A DNA stretch of 64,000 nucleotides. It comes from a virus. This document shows positions 42,076 to 52,600 of the stretch, piece by piece. Under the pieces are notes generated by a model. The model searched no databases. It was not told the origin of the DNA and saw only the letters and a list, made by a program, of their open reading frames with translations. The translations under genes and the position numbers were made by a program. The DNA is taken from positions 12,754 to 76,753 of the IMG/VR virus record IMGVR_UViG_3300021591_000018; one strand, given 5' to 3'. Numbering within the stretch: position 1 is the first letter of the stretch; every line of letters starts with the position of its first letter.

Positions 42076-42432
42076 TCACTCGGTGTTTGCTGGTCTGAAG
42101 ACGTAGATGCGAGGTCCGAGTCCCTCGATTATGCCAACCTGGACGTCGGGATCCTTGTCTAGCCGCTCGATTAAGGCGTAGACCTGGGGGTTGTGGATAA
42201 CGCCTTGCTTCGCGTCGTATTGTGACATGACCTGCTTGATCTGCCGGAATGTCAGTCCTATGTTTCTCTTGCCAGCCTCGACGAGGGCCTTCTTGATACC
42301 CTCGTAGTCAAACCTCCGTCGGGTCAGTCGACTGCGCTCCTTTAGTGACTTTAGGGATGTCGGGTCAATCTTCACGCCCAGCTTGCTTAGGTCGATCTTT
42401 GCGTCCTTGTGTTCACTCATTATTCTCACCAT
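42076..42432 (-). CDS. Hypothetical protein (possible wHTH)
   Basis: 118-aa ORF followed by a pyrimidine/T-rich terminator-like tract. Confidence 0.6.
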   Translation of the reverse strand: MVRIMSEHKDAKIDLSKLGVKIDPTSLKSLKERSRLTRRRFDYEGIKKALVEAGKRNIGLTFRQIKQVMSQYDAKQGVIHNPQVYALIERLDKDPDVQVGIIEGLGPRIYVFRPANTE

Positions 42433-43072
42433 TTTCCTCTCTTACTAAAACTTCTTTAATCGACTTTATGTGTCCCTCGTAGTAGAGTTTCTTCAGTAGC
42501 TTGACAGTTCCGTACGTTGTCAGTACTGTCGTTCCATCTTCGAGGTACAGTCGTACTCTATACTTGATGTTTGGCCAGTTCCACCACTCTCCCTCGATGA
42601 TCGGTTCGATGGCAGTCACTCCGAGTGATCTGAGTATCATTGCGTTGATCGGCAATCCTGTCTTCGTTCTGTACCGTATCCAATGTGTGACCTTCTGCTT
42701 GAATCGTCTGACGTCCTTTCTGTAGCCTTCTTTGAGTTTCCGTTCCCTCCATCGTCTGAAGACGCTGTCCTGGTACTCACCCCATCGTTCACGTAGAATC
42801 TTACGTCGTTCCTCTGCCTTTCGTAGTGCTTCCTTGTGTCGTTCGATACGTCGCTTCATGATCTCCTCGACAGTCAATAATTCGAGTTTCTGTGCCTCTC
42901 TGTAGCTTGTCAGTACATAGCCTTTGATGTTGATTCCCTCGATTGTATGACTTAGTGGCTTTGCCTGTTGGATGTCGTGTCCTGTCAACTGTATGCCGAA
43001 TGTCGAGTGCTGGATACGTCGATAGCGTTTCTCTGTCTTTGGTTCTTCGAAGTCTATCTCTTCACTCATCAC
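42413..43072 (-). CDS. Basic coiled-coil hypothetical protein
   Basis: 219-aa ORF, R/K/E-rich. Confidence 0.6.
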   Translation of the reverse strand: MMSEEIDFEEPKTEKRYRRIQHSTFGIQLTGHDIQQAKPLSHTIEGINIKGYVLTSYREAQKLELLTVEEIMKRRIERHKEALRKAEERRKILRERWGEYQDSVFRRWRERKLKEGYRKDVRRFKQKVTHWIRYRTKTGLPINAMILRSLGVTAIEPIIEGEWWNWPNIKYRVRLYLEDGTTVLTTYGTVKLLKKLYYEGHIKSIKEVLVREENGENNE

Positions 43073-43250
43073 TTTCCACCCTTCTTTAACTCTTTGACGA
43101 TCTTCTCACAGACAGTACGTGCACATCGAATGTCCTCAGCTACCTGTTGTGCATAGTTCGTAAGAAACGCTAGTAAGAACTCCGTCTCCTCAGACGTTAA
43201 CTTGATGGTAATTTCATCTTTCATCTCACTATCCACCCTTAACTAAAAAT

Positions 43251-43529
43251 TTAAGGTGAGTTTGGCTGTGGTATTGGTCTCAGTCTACCGTTCATCAACG
43301 CATACGCGTACCTCGTTATGACTTTGATTCCAGTGACAGGGCACTCCATGTACCAGATGTCGACGCCATCCTTCGTCTCAACTTTGACCTTCCATGCTAG
43401 ATCGTTTGGTTGACATTTCCGACATCGCAGACATCGTATCCTCATGGCTGCCATGGTCCTATTCGTTACGACTGTCTGATTATTCGGACTTAAGTCGTTC
43501 CAATTCATCTTAATCACCATCATCTTCAC
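43251..43529 (-). CDS. Small Cys-rich protein; normal-composition paralogue of the C-less genes
   Basis: CLRCRKC...WKVKVE..DGVDIWYMEC...GRLR aligns with 43976-44245. Confidence 0.7.
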   Translation of the reverse strand: MKMMVIKMNWNDLSPNNQTVVTNRTMAAMRIRCLRCRKCQPNDLAWKVKVETKDGVDIWYMECPVTGIKVITRYAYALMNGRLRPIPQPNSP

Positions 43530-43537
43530 TTAAAAAT

Positions 43538-43945
43538 TTAGGAGGTAACGTATCCAAACTGTTCCACTGAGTTACTGTAAACAACGTATACATTAACCCA
43601 TGTTAGCTTGTGATAATCGAATGCATCTGCAACCTTCTTTACTGCATATATTTCAGCTCTACTCTCTACAGCCATCTTTCGGCAATAGCCTGGTAGGTCG
43701 TCAACGCACTCGGTTTCAATTCTTTGAAAGGTAGCTACCGCAAATCCTGCGTCTTCAAGCACCTTTCGTTGAGCTTCGAAACACTGATAATGTCTGTCGA
43801 GCTCTTTTACTCTCGCTTCAAGGTCTTTCTTCGTTATTACAACTCTCAGATAGTGCGGGTTGATGCATCTCCAGATTAAGGACTTAATTTTGTCCAAAGC
43901 ACGAATTAGTTCGTAATTGATTTCAAACTTCATCTTAATCACCAT
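43538..43945 (-). CDS. Hypothetical protein
   Basis: ORF preceded by the repeated leader motif. Confidence 0.65.
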   Translation of the reverse strand: MVIKMKFEINYELIRALDKIKSLIWRCINPHYLRVVITKKDLEARVKELDRHYQCFEAQRKVLEDAGFAVATFQRIETECVDDLPGYCRKMAVESRAEIYAVKKVADAFDYHKLTWVNVYVVYSNSVEQFGYVTS

Positions 43946-43975
43946 TATCCACCCTTACTCAAAATAAAAAACAAA

Positions 43976-44245
43976 TCAAATCCAACCTCTTCCTCTATTC
44001 CTCATCAAACCTCTCAATCTTCCACTAATCAAATTATACACTCTCACCTTCCTATCTTCACACTCCATACACCACACATCCACTCCTTCTACCACCTCTA
44101 CTTTCATTCTCCATTTCAACACATTACTTCCCTTACATCTCCCACAACTCAAACATATCCCTCTACATACTCTCAAAACATCTCTTCCTACAACTAAATC
44201 AAACCCATCCTCACTCTTCCTAACCTCATTACCAAACCAACTCAT
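43976..44245 (-). CDS. C-less Cys-rich small protein
   Basis: Intact ORF with no Ala/Pro/Thr/His/Gln; paralogue of 43251-43529; GGTGA RBS. Confidence 0.75.
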   Translation of the reverse strand: MSWFGNEVRKSEDGFDLVVGRDVLRVCRGICLSCGRCKGSNVLKWRMKVEVVEGVDVWCMECEDRKVRVYNLISGRLRGLMRNRGRGWI

Positions 44246-44282
44246 ATAATCACCATTATCCTCCCTTCACTAAAAAATTTTT

Positions 44283-44558
44283 TCAAAACATACCTAACTC
44301 ACACATTCTATAAAACCACTCCCAACTCCTAAACCAACTCCAACACCCATTTCTCAACCTTACTTTCAAAATCCTACCACTATACAAATCTACAATAACC
44401 TTCTCACAATATCCTTTCCAACCTACCACTCTTAATCCATCACATACCTTCTTCCCAAACCTATTAAACTCACACTTCCTACAAATCTCCTCTAATCTCT
44501 CCAAACCTAATCTACTTTCAACCCTAACCTTCATCATCCAACTCTCCATCTTTAACAC
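44283..44558 (-). CDS. C-less small protein
   Basis: Intact ORF with no A/P/T/H/Q; ICRKC motif. Confidence 0.6.
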   Translation of the reverse strand: MLKMESWMMKVRVESRLGLERLEEICRKCEFNRFGKKVCDGLRVVGWKGYCEKVIVDLYSGRILKVRLRNGCWSWFRSWEWFYRMCELGMF

Positions 44559-44782
44559 CTCACTCTTAACCCTTTAACCCAATTTATCAACTCACCTACC
44601 TCCTCACTATTCAAACCTTCAATCTCAACCATATTTCTACTCCAATCATAACTAAACCCACACCTATACTTCCTCTCACCTTCCTCTACCCACAAACCAA
44701 CCTCCTCTAACATTTCCCTCCTCAAATCCCAAATTCTCACAATATACAATCCATTCAACCTCATAACATTAACAACTACCAC
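44552..44782 (-). CDS. C-less small protein
   Basis: Intact ORF with no A/P/T/H/Q; repeated leader upstream. Confidence 0.6.
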   Translation of the reverse strand: MVVVNVMRLNGLYIVRIWDLRREMLEEVGLWVEEGERKYRCGFSYDWSRNMVEIEGLNSEEVGELINWVKGLRVRC

Positions 44783-44826
44783 CTTTAATCACCACTATTC
44801 ACCCTTTCTTAAAAAAACAAACAAAC

Positions 44827-45018
44827 CTAAATAACCCTTACACCCCTATACTCACACTCAATACCCCACAACTCACCACCTTTCTTACCTTTCCTAACCA
44901 CCACCTTCCACATCCCACCTTTACAATCTTCATACCTACTACAATTCTTACAAATACCCCTTAAACAACCCAAAAAATTCTTTTCAACTCTTATAACCTT
45001 AACAAACCTATCATACAT
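44827..45018 (-). CDS. C-less Cys-rich small protein (same family as 43976-44245)
   Basis: RGICKNC...WKVVV......LWGIECE.R.VRV. Confidence 0.7.
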   Translation of the reverse strand: MYDRFVKVIRVEKNFLGCLRGICKNCSRYEDCKGGMWKVVVRKGKKGGELWGIECEYRGVRVI

Positions 45019-45232
45019 CTATATCACCATTCTCTTCCCTTTACAAAAATCACCTTTACAATATCTATCAATTCTTTCTTTCGGTCTCTTCCCCACGTGT
45101 CCCCGTGAAATTGGTTAGACGAACTGAAAACGGAAACTCAAACCGCACGTACGACCTAAGAACCCGACAGTTAGCGGACATTGACAGTCGGTCAACACAC
45201 ATAAATATCAGTAAACAGTCAATATCTACAGC

Positions 45233-45694
45233 TTGGACTGTAAAGTCTGTCAGTTGCCGGATGCCCCGGAGATCGTAAGACGTATCAAAGCCAACGAAAT
45301 CTCAATAGCCGAAGGAGCGAAGCTACTCGGTGTTAGTTACCGAGAACTCTGGTTGCACCTTAAGAATTGTGTGGTCGACAAGCCACGCGAAACTTCAGTT
45401 GATACACTCCAACTACTCGAGGAATTGCTGCGCATCCTACGACAGAAGCTGCTTGAGCTCGACAGAATGGAAGTCTCAACAGCCAACATTTCCGCTCTTG
45501 CTAAAGTCGCCGACAGTCTACGGAAGACTTGCATGGACATCGAGCGTCTAACAGGTAAATTAAGAGCGGCACCGCTTATACAGCTGCAGAAGATCACCAT
45601 CCACTACGAGAACCTTCTACAGATCATCTCAACGGAACTTTGTCCTGAATGTCGGCGTAAAGTCCTGAAGAAGCTCGAGGCGATGACAGTATGA
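45233..45694 (+). CDS. Putative terminase small subunit
   Basis: N-terminal HTH and coiled coil; overlaps the large terminase start. Confidence 0.6.
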   Translation: MDCKVCQLPDAPEIVRRIKANEISIAEGAKLLGVSYRELWLHLKNCVVDKPRETSVDTLQLLEELLRILRQKLLELDRMEVSTANISALAKVADSLRKTCMDIERLTGKLRAAPLIQLQKITIHYENLLQIISTELCPECRRKVLKKLEAMTV

Positions 45695-48231
45695 TCGATC
45701 CGAGAGAGAAAACCATCAAGATACTAAAAGCATTAGAAGACCCTGTCTACTTCTGTGAAGACGAGTACTTTCTCGGTGCGAAGCTCTACCCGAAGCAAGC
45801 TGAGGTGCTACGGAAGTTCTATAACGGTGGATACAATGAACTTGTACTCATCGCCGGGATGAGATGTCTTTCACCAGAAACCATCATCTACACAAACCCG
45901 TATCCAAAGCCGCTGAAGGAGTTGAACGAGGACGACCTTGTTCTTACGTTCCGTAACGGTAAATTCGAGTGGTGCAGATGCCAACTCATACGTCAACGCG
46001 CACGTATGGTCTACCGTCTTGTAACGTACTCAGGACGTGAAATCTACGCAACTGAGAATCACCCGATTCTAACGTCGAGAGGCTGGATGACGGTTTCATC
46101 AATGCTCGAATCGACCTCGTTACCTTACGTTGCAATGTGCCACAAAGTTCCTCCACCACTTCACCCAATACACGATCCAGATTATGCGACTGCTGTTGCC
46201 CTATTCCTCTCAGAGGGTTGCTGGATAACTTCGACTCCACTCTTCTCGAATCGTGACCCTGAGCTGATCGACACTTTGCGAACTGTACTAAAACGTCGAT
46301 TTAATGGAGAGTTACGTGGAGGACCGAAGGACTTTCGCATCATAAGTAAACAATTCCGTGAGGAGCTACATGAACTAAAAGGCAAGAAGTCCGCTGAGAA
46401 GTTCATCCCAAAGAGAGTCTTCGAACTTGACGATGAAAGTCTTAAGAAATTCATCTACTACTTCTGGAGAGGTGACGGTGGAATCGAAGGTGGTAAAGTT
46501 CACTTCTACAGCACAAGCAAGCGCTTACTGCAACAGCTACAATTTCTCCTCCTCCGATTCGGGATACGTAGCTACTTACGTAGACGTCCACAGTACAAAT
46601 ACTACAAACGTGCGCACCCAGAAATGAAGAGTACGAATGAGAGTTACGATCTCGTCGTACATGACGACATTTCAACGATCATTCCTGAGGCACCAAGGTG
46701 TCAACATAATGGCACATCACCAATGGATAAAATCGGACTCAAGTTAAGAGACCTTCGAGAAATTTGTGAAACCTCACTCTGGAAGCTACGTCAGCTTATG
46801 TGTACGAACACAAAGAACACCATAAGCTTAAAGAATGCACGTAAGATTGCTCATCTCATACCAATGTTCGGATGGGAAGACGTTTACTTCGAACCAATCG
46901 TTAGGATCGAGCCTATCGGAGTTCGTGAGACGTACGACTTATCTGTACCTCATGAAGGTCATGCATTCGTCGCGAATGGTATCATCGTTCATAACAGTGG
47001 CAAGACATTTCTCGCTTCTTGTTTCGCAGCTTACGAGGCGTTCAAGCTCTTGATTAAGCCTGACCCAGCTGCCTACTACAACCTGGCTCCAGGTAGTCCG
47101 ATCTTCATTGTCGTAGTTGCGACTTCTGAGAAGCAGGCTTACGATACGATATTCAACGAAATTAAACAAAAGTTAATGAGAAGTCCGTTCTTCCGTGAGT
47201 ATCATCCACGATTCCTCATGAACGAAATCATCTTCCAGTCAAAGAATGTACGCATACTCTGTGGTACGTCTTCATCTGCCTCATTAGTAGGTCGAAACGT
47301 TAAGTTAGCGATTTTTGACGAGCTGGCTCGATTCGAAGAGTCAACCAGTAAGAGAGGAGCTTGGGAAGTTTACACGTCATTGAAACGTTCAACTGCAACC
47401 TTTGGAAAGGAGGGCTACTGCATTTCGATTTCCTCGATCCGTCATCCAAATGACATTATGATGACTCTCTATCGTCAAGCTCAGACTAACCCAAGGATGT
47501 TCGCACTTAAGTTTGCCACGTGGGAGTTCAACCCAAACTTCAAACTCGAGGACTTTAAGTTCGAACTTCAACGAGACCCACTTGCATTCTGGAGAGACTT
47601 CGGTTCGAAGCCGTTTGCTGGTCAAGCACCCTTCTTCGCTAACATTGACGTCGTACCCTTCGATAGCAGTATACCAAACAACCTTGAGCTGCTCGCACGT
47701 GGAGAGAAGACCTACTTCAATGAGGAGGCAACCTATGTCTTGGCTGGTGACCCTGCTATTCGCCATGATGCATTCGGACTCGCTATCGTCCATGAAGTTG
47801 AACCTGGTCAGTACGTTTGCGACGGACTTTACCGTTTCAAACCAATGGGGACCGACCTTTCTCCAGTCGAGATAAAGAACTTCATCCTTCGCGTACTTGA
47901 CCACTGTAACGTCATAACTGCAGTTTTCGACACCTGGAACTTCCCAGAACTACAGGAGGAAATTCGCTCACATGGTGTCGAAGTGCTCAACCACATCGTC
48001 CGTAAGGAAGATTACGATCGCTTCAAAGAATTCTGTTTCAAACGGTGCATCCGAATATGTGACTATCCAATTCTTCGTCAGGAACTCGAACAACTTCAAA
48101 TTGTCAATGTCAAGAGGGTTGATCACCCACCTGGTGGAAGCAAAGACGTTGCCGATGCATTAGTCAATGCTCTATGGGCGATTTCCGAATTTCAACCTGA
48201 GCTACCGTTGAACGTGGCGGTGATCGTATGA
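45691..48231 (+). CDS. terL: Terminase large subunit containing an intein
   Basis: LYPKQ, Walker A AGMR|SGKT, ATSEKQA, IFDE (Walker B), and nuclease motifs AGDPA..HD and DHPPGGSKDVADA. Confidence 0.92.
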   Translation: MIDPREKTIKILKALEDPVYFCEDEYFLGAKLYPKQAEVLRKFYNGGYNELVLIAGMRCLSPETIIYTNPYPKPLKELNEDDLVLTFRNGKFEWCRCQLIRQRARMVYRLVTYSGREIYATENHPILTSRGWMTVSSMLESTSLPYVAMCHKVPPPLHPIHDPDYATAVALFLSEGCWITSTPLFSNRDPELIDTLRTVLKRRFNGELRGGPKDFRIISKQFREELHELKGKKSAEKFIPKRVFELDDESLKKFIYYFWRGDGGIEGGKVHFYSTSKRLLQQLQFLLLRFGIRSYLRRRPQYKYYKRAHPEMKSTNESYDLVVHDDISTIIPEAPRCQHNGTSPMDKIGLKLRDLREICETSLWKLRQLMCTNTKNTISLKNARKIAHLIPMFGWEDVYFEPIVRIEPIGVRETYDLSVPHEGHAFVANGIIVHNSGKTFLASCFAAYEAFKLLIKPDPAAYYNLAPGSPIFIVVVATSEKQAYDTIFNEIKQKLMRSPFFREYHPRFLMNEIIFQSKNVRILCGTSSSASLVGRNVKLAIFDELARFEESTSKRGAWEVYTSLKRSTATFGKEGYCISISSIRHPNDIMMTLYRQAQTNPRMFALKFATWEFNPNFKLEDFKFELQRDPLAFWRDFGSKPFAGQAPFFANIDVVPFDSSIPNNLELLARGEKTYFNEEATYVLAGDPAIRHDAFGLAIVHEVEPGQYVCDGLYRFKPMGTDLSPVEIKNFILRVLDHCNVITAVFDTWNFPELQEEIRSHGVEVLNHIVRKEDYDRFKEFCFKRCIRICDYPILRQELEQLQIVNVKRVDHPPGGSKDVADALVNALWAISEFQPELPLNVAVIV
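45865..46995 (+). mobile_element. Intein (377 aa) with LAGLIDADG homing endonuclease
   Basis: Starts CLSPET, block B ATENHPIL, endonuclease motifs LFLSEG and FWRGDG, ends FVANGIIVHN followed by Ser. Confidence 0.93.
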
Positions 48232-49694
48232 GTGCGATAAGACGTTTCCTGGCCCGTTTGACTGGTTCTAGTTCCAGTATGCCTGTTATAACTCAGTCGA
48301 TGATACGGTTTCCATCCTTAAGACCGCTAAAGGAGATTCTTGACAAACTCAATCGGATCTCAAACAAGTTCGAACTGTACCGGACTCTAAAGGAACTGGA
48401 CCCTGAGCTTTACGGTGCTATCGACCGAATTGCAAAGATGGTTCGCTACTCCTATCAGGGAGTCTTCGTACACGTTGGACGTGAACTCAGCGAGACTGAA
48501 CAGGAGCTTCAGCGAATTGCTCGTGAGTTTGCTGAGGAGCACGACCTTAAGTCAAAATTCTACACAGTTGCCGACTACCTCTTAACCTACGGGAACTACG
48601 TAGCGGTAACTAAGTTCCAGAAAGGTGCTGGTCTGGTCGCCTATCAGACGCTACCGATCGAACATCTTACAATTGTTGAGAAGAAGGAGCAAATCGGTGA
48701 TCCAACTGCACAAGTATTCGAATCGAACATCTACGTTCTCAATGAGACGTCGATGGACAAACAGAAGACATGGCCAGCTGACCAGATTCTCCACATCGCT
48801 TTGAATCGAGAAGGTTCCGTATTCCACGACATAACTGGCCGTTACACCTTCGGTGTGTGGGGCACCAGTCCAATCGAGCCACTGAAAGTCAAACTCCTCT
48901 GGAAGCTCTCTACCATCTACAACGACATACTGATACGTCAGCGACTTATCCCACGTGAACACCACAAACTTGACCTACGTGCATTTGACCCACGGTACTT
49001 CCCAGGTACAACCATGCAGGAGAAGTACAACAATGCACGAAAAGCAGCCCTTGACTTCATTAACGAGTACAAGACTAACATCGCGAAGATAACCGAACCT
49101 GACAGAAGCTACATCACCTCGAAGGACGTCGAAATCGAATTCGTCGAGCCGAAGAAAGTCACGTACGTTTCACCGAACGAACTCATCGAGCAGATCGACC
49201 TGTCTATCTTCTCAGTCATTGGTCCAGTCGAAACCGCGGTCACTGGACGCAGTCGACGGACGTATGCAACAGAACTGATCGTTGCCTCGTATGCAGTGTT
49301 AGTTGCCGAAACTCTCGCTGACATTATCAAGGCCGAGTTCTTGAAGCTTATCAAACGTCACATACGACTCAAGTACGGCTCACGATTCAGTGAGGAAGAT
49401 TTAAACAAGATCGACATTAAGGTGCGACTGACATTGGACGTACTACGTGGTGAAATTATCCGTCAGGTAGCCGTGCTAGCACAACTCGGTCTCTGTACGA
49501 CTGACGAACTACGTGCCATGATTGGTCTCGAGCCACTTACCGAGGATCAGATCCCACATGTCGTTACGAAGACTGGTCGTGCTGGACAGTACGTTCAGAC
49601 ACCTGCCGACGTCACGAGAGATGTAACAAAGCGAGTCAAACCGATTCCTCAGCCTTTAACACCTGAAAGTCGACGTGAGCGACAGGTGACGTAA
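48228..49694 (+). CDS. Portal protein
   Basis: Position after terL, 488 aa, YGNY, ILHI, WGTSPI and TTDELRAMIGLEPL. Confidence 0.8.
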   Translation: MSAIRRFLARLTGSSSSMPVITQSMIRFPSLRPLKEILDKLNRISNKFELYRTLKELDPELYGAIDRIAKMVRYSYQGVFVHVGRELSETEQELQRIAREFAEEHDLKSKFYTVADYLLTYGNYVAVTKFQKGAGLVAYQTLPIEHLTIVEKKEQIGDPTAQVFESNIYVLNETSMDKQKTWPADQILHIALNREGSVFHDITGRYTFGVWGTSPIEPLKVKLLWKLSTIYNDILIRQRLIPREHHKLDLRAFDPRYFPGTTMQEKYNNARKAALDFINEYKTNIAKITEPDRSYITSKDVEIEFVEPKKVTYVSPNELIEQIDLSIFSVIGPVETAVTGRSRRTYATELIVASYAVLVAETLADIIKAEFLKLIKRHIRLKYGSRFSEEDLNKIDIKVRLTLDVLRGEIIRQVAVLAQLGLCTTDELRAMIGLEPLTEDQIPHVVTKTGRAGQYVQTPADVTRDVTKRVKPIPQPLTPESRRERQVT

Positions 49695-49695
49695 G

Positions 49696-52600
49696 ATGAA
49701 AATCACCTTCCTTGGTACGAAGGGCTTCATCGAGGAAAGTAGTTCAGACCATAAGTATCACTCGTCTATTCTGATTGAGCGTGGCAACACACGTCTGCTC
49801 ATCGACTACGGTCGACTTCACCCGAAGTCACTTGACGAGATTAAGCCGACACATATCCTTTTGACTCACGGTCATCCTGACCATTGCTTCGGTTTCCGTG
49901 ACGAGACAGAAGATGGCATTGATGTCTATATGCTTGACCGTGTCTGGAATAGTTTACCGGAGAAAGTCCGTGAGAAGCTCGACCACAAGCCCTTCCATAT
50001 GCACCACTGGGAGAAGATCGGTGACCTCGAAGTCTACGCATTTCCTGTCAGTCACTCGATCGACTTTCCGACAAACGGGTTCCTCATTCGTAACGACAAG
50101 ACTGTTTGTTACTGCCCGGACGTTTTGTCGATAACTAATCGAAAGTTAATTCTCAGGAATGCCGACATTTACATTGGTGACGGCTCTTACATCACTGATA
50201 AGCCTGGTCGTGTACGCTACCATAAGGAAACTGGACGACCATACGGTCATGCACTCATACGTGATCAGGTCAAGTGGTGTGCTCAATCCGACGTACCGAT
50301 AGTCATCTTTACTCATTTTGGAAAAGAGGCAGTTGAACATCCCGATAAGCTTAAGGAACATCTCAAAAACCTCTCGAAGGAGTTTGATGTTAAGGTTATG
50401 GAGGCGAAAGATGGTATGACAATCGATACGACTAAGCTCGGACAGCCCGGAATCTACCTCGTCCCACCTCATGCAAGACTTATCACTGAGGGAAAGAAGA
50501 CAGCCATTGTGAGTACACGTCCATGCCCAAAGCAGTACCTCGACGTTCCGATACATTTGATCGAGGACAAGAAATCCTACGGGTTGATCCGAATAACAGA
50601 ATGCCACGGTCCACTTGACGCAGAGTTTGTACGGACACAACTTCGTCACCGACACCAAATCACGGATCGTGAATGGAGAGACTGGTGGCCTGATGCTAAG
50701 CAAGTCTACGTTTACGACTTCAAAATCGATAGGCTCTGGGACGAGCCAGTTCCAGTTGAGGTACCGCAAGGTATTCAAAAGTGGATACGCGACGTCAGGG
50801 TCAACCTTGCTGAACTTACAGCATACGCACTTGACGAGGAGGGCAACCTGACAAAGTTCGGTCAGGCGAAACAGTACAGAGTAAACGGTAAGACTATCGA
50901 AATCATAGGTTCAGGAGTCGAACGTGCGAAGAAGCTTGTCGAGATGGGTGTTAAGAAGGTCATCTGTGCAGCTATTGGTGAGGCCTCACGGACCGTTCTC
51001 GAACAGAACGGAGTTAAGGTTGAGGTTCGTGCCTCGCTTATCAAACCTGAACGTGTGAAGGAAGTTCTGAAGCATCCTGAACTACTCAAGGAGTGGACCG
51101 ATGAACAACTATTGGACGACCACCGTATCTGCCATCTATGGGCAGGAAAGAACTGGAAGACGTTGCCTCACGACTTGACCAAAGAAGAGGTCAAACGCTT
51201 CCACGATCTGTTAGTCGAGGAAATGAACCGTCGCGGTATGGAGCATACCACACCGTTGGAGCTTGAACGATCTGTGACGACAACCGAACGACAGTCATAC
51301 GATAATCTTAAAGATAATCTTCTTGAGAGTTCCAACATTTCTGAAGTCAACAAGCAAATTGTCGAGGAAGTTAAAGAACCATCTCCATATGCACCTGTTC
51401 ACCATATTGAGACCGGTGAGGACACAATAGAACTCGAGACAGTCCTTGAAGCTTGGAGTAAGCCTATCATACTCAAGAAGGGCTACGTAACGTTAGTCGG
51501 TGGACTAAGCAATCATGGTCGGACAGATGGTGACATCGACGTTTTGATCGGTGATCGTGAATGGGTGACTCATATCCATCAACCACTTCTATTCCGACTT
51601 GGACGTGCACTTCCAGATGACCTCGGTGAACGAATACAAATGATGTTCGTCGGTGAATACGGTGGTCCGTTCACTAACCACATACCAATCTACGACTTGG
51701 TTCTCATCCCATCAGCAGACCGTCGACTTATCCGTATGGAGAAAGTACCAACTCGAATCAAGCAACTTCGTGACCGTCAGGCCTTCAAAGAAGCGCTTGA
51801 ATCCTATCGTGAAGATGAAGTGAAACCACTCCGTTTCGTCATACCACTGAAAGGCTATCGAGCACATTACCGATTCGCTGACCTTGTTCCAGAAGTCGTC
51901 GAGGAGTGGTTCGAACGTGACGTTTATCCAATCTACGCTCAGAAGAAATACGATGGCTTCCGTGTACTGTTGATGAAGCAAGGTGACAAGATCATCATTC
52001 GTTCAGAAGACGGTGAAGACGTTACAAAACGCTTTCCGAAGATCATCGAACAAGCTAAGAAGATCCTTCCACATACCTGTACGCTTGACATCGAAGCTGA
52101 ACTTTGGAAAGATGGTAAACATCAACCACGTGAGGAAGCAGCTGGATATGCACATGCAAGAACTCCACCTGACGACAGTGGTTTTGTCTTCAATGTCTTC
52201 GACGTACTGTACTTCTACGATGAATCAGTTGAGCATCACGAGTTGAGTGGTACAATTGGTGACCTCCACAAACATCCATATGAGCTACGTTTACGCTACC
52301 TATCACTAATCGACTTCCCACAGTCAACTGACGACACACCAAAAACTCCAGCATTTAACCTGACTCCAACGTACGTTGCTCATAATCCTGAGGAATTAGC
52401 AAAGCTCGTACGTAAGTGTTCAGACTTCATTGCCTCAGAAGGTGCAGTCGTAAAGTCAAGCAAGAGCGACTATCCACTCGACGGACTAACCGATCAGTGG
52501 CTCAAATTCAAGAAAATGGCTGAAATTCACGCAATCGTACTTGATAACATCGAAACCAAGACGAAAGGTGTCTACAACCTCGTTGTAGGTGTCCGAGTTC

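Larger units (their letters stand above)
43920..45082. other. 1,163-nt tract with no G on the plus strand (no C on the coding strand)
   Basis: Last G before the tract is 43919 and first G after it is 45083, by line-by-line reading. Confidence 0.95.
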
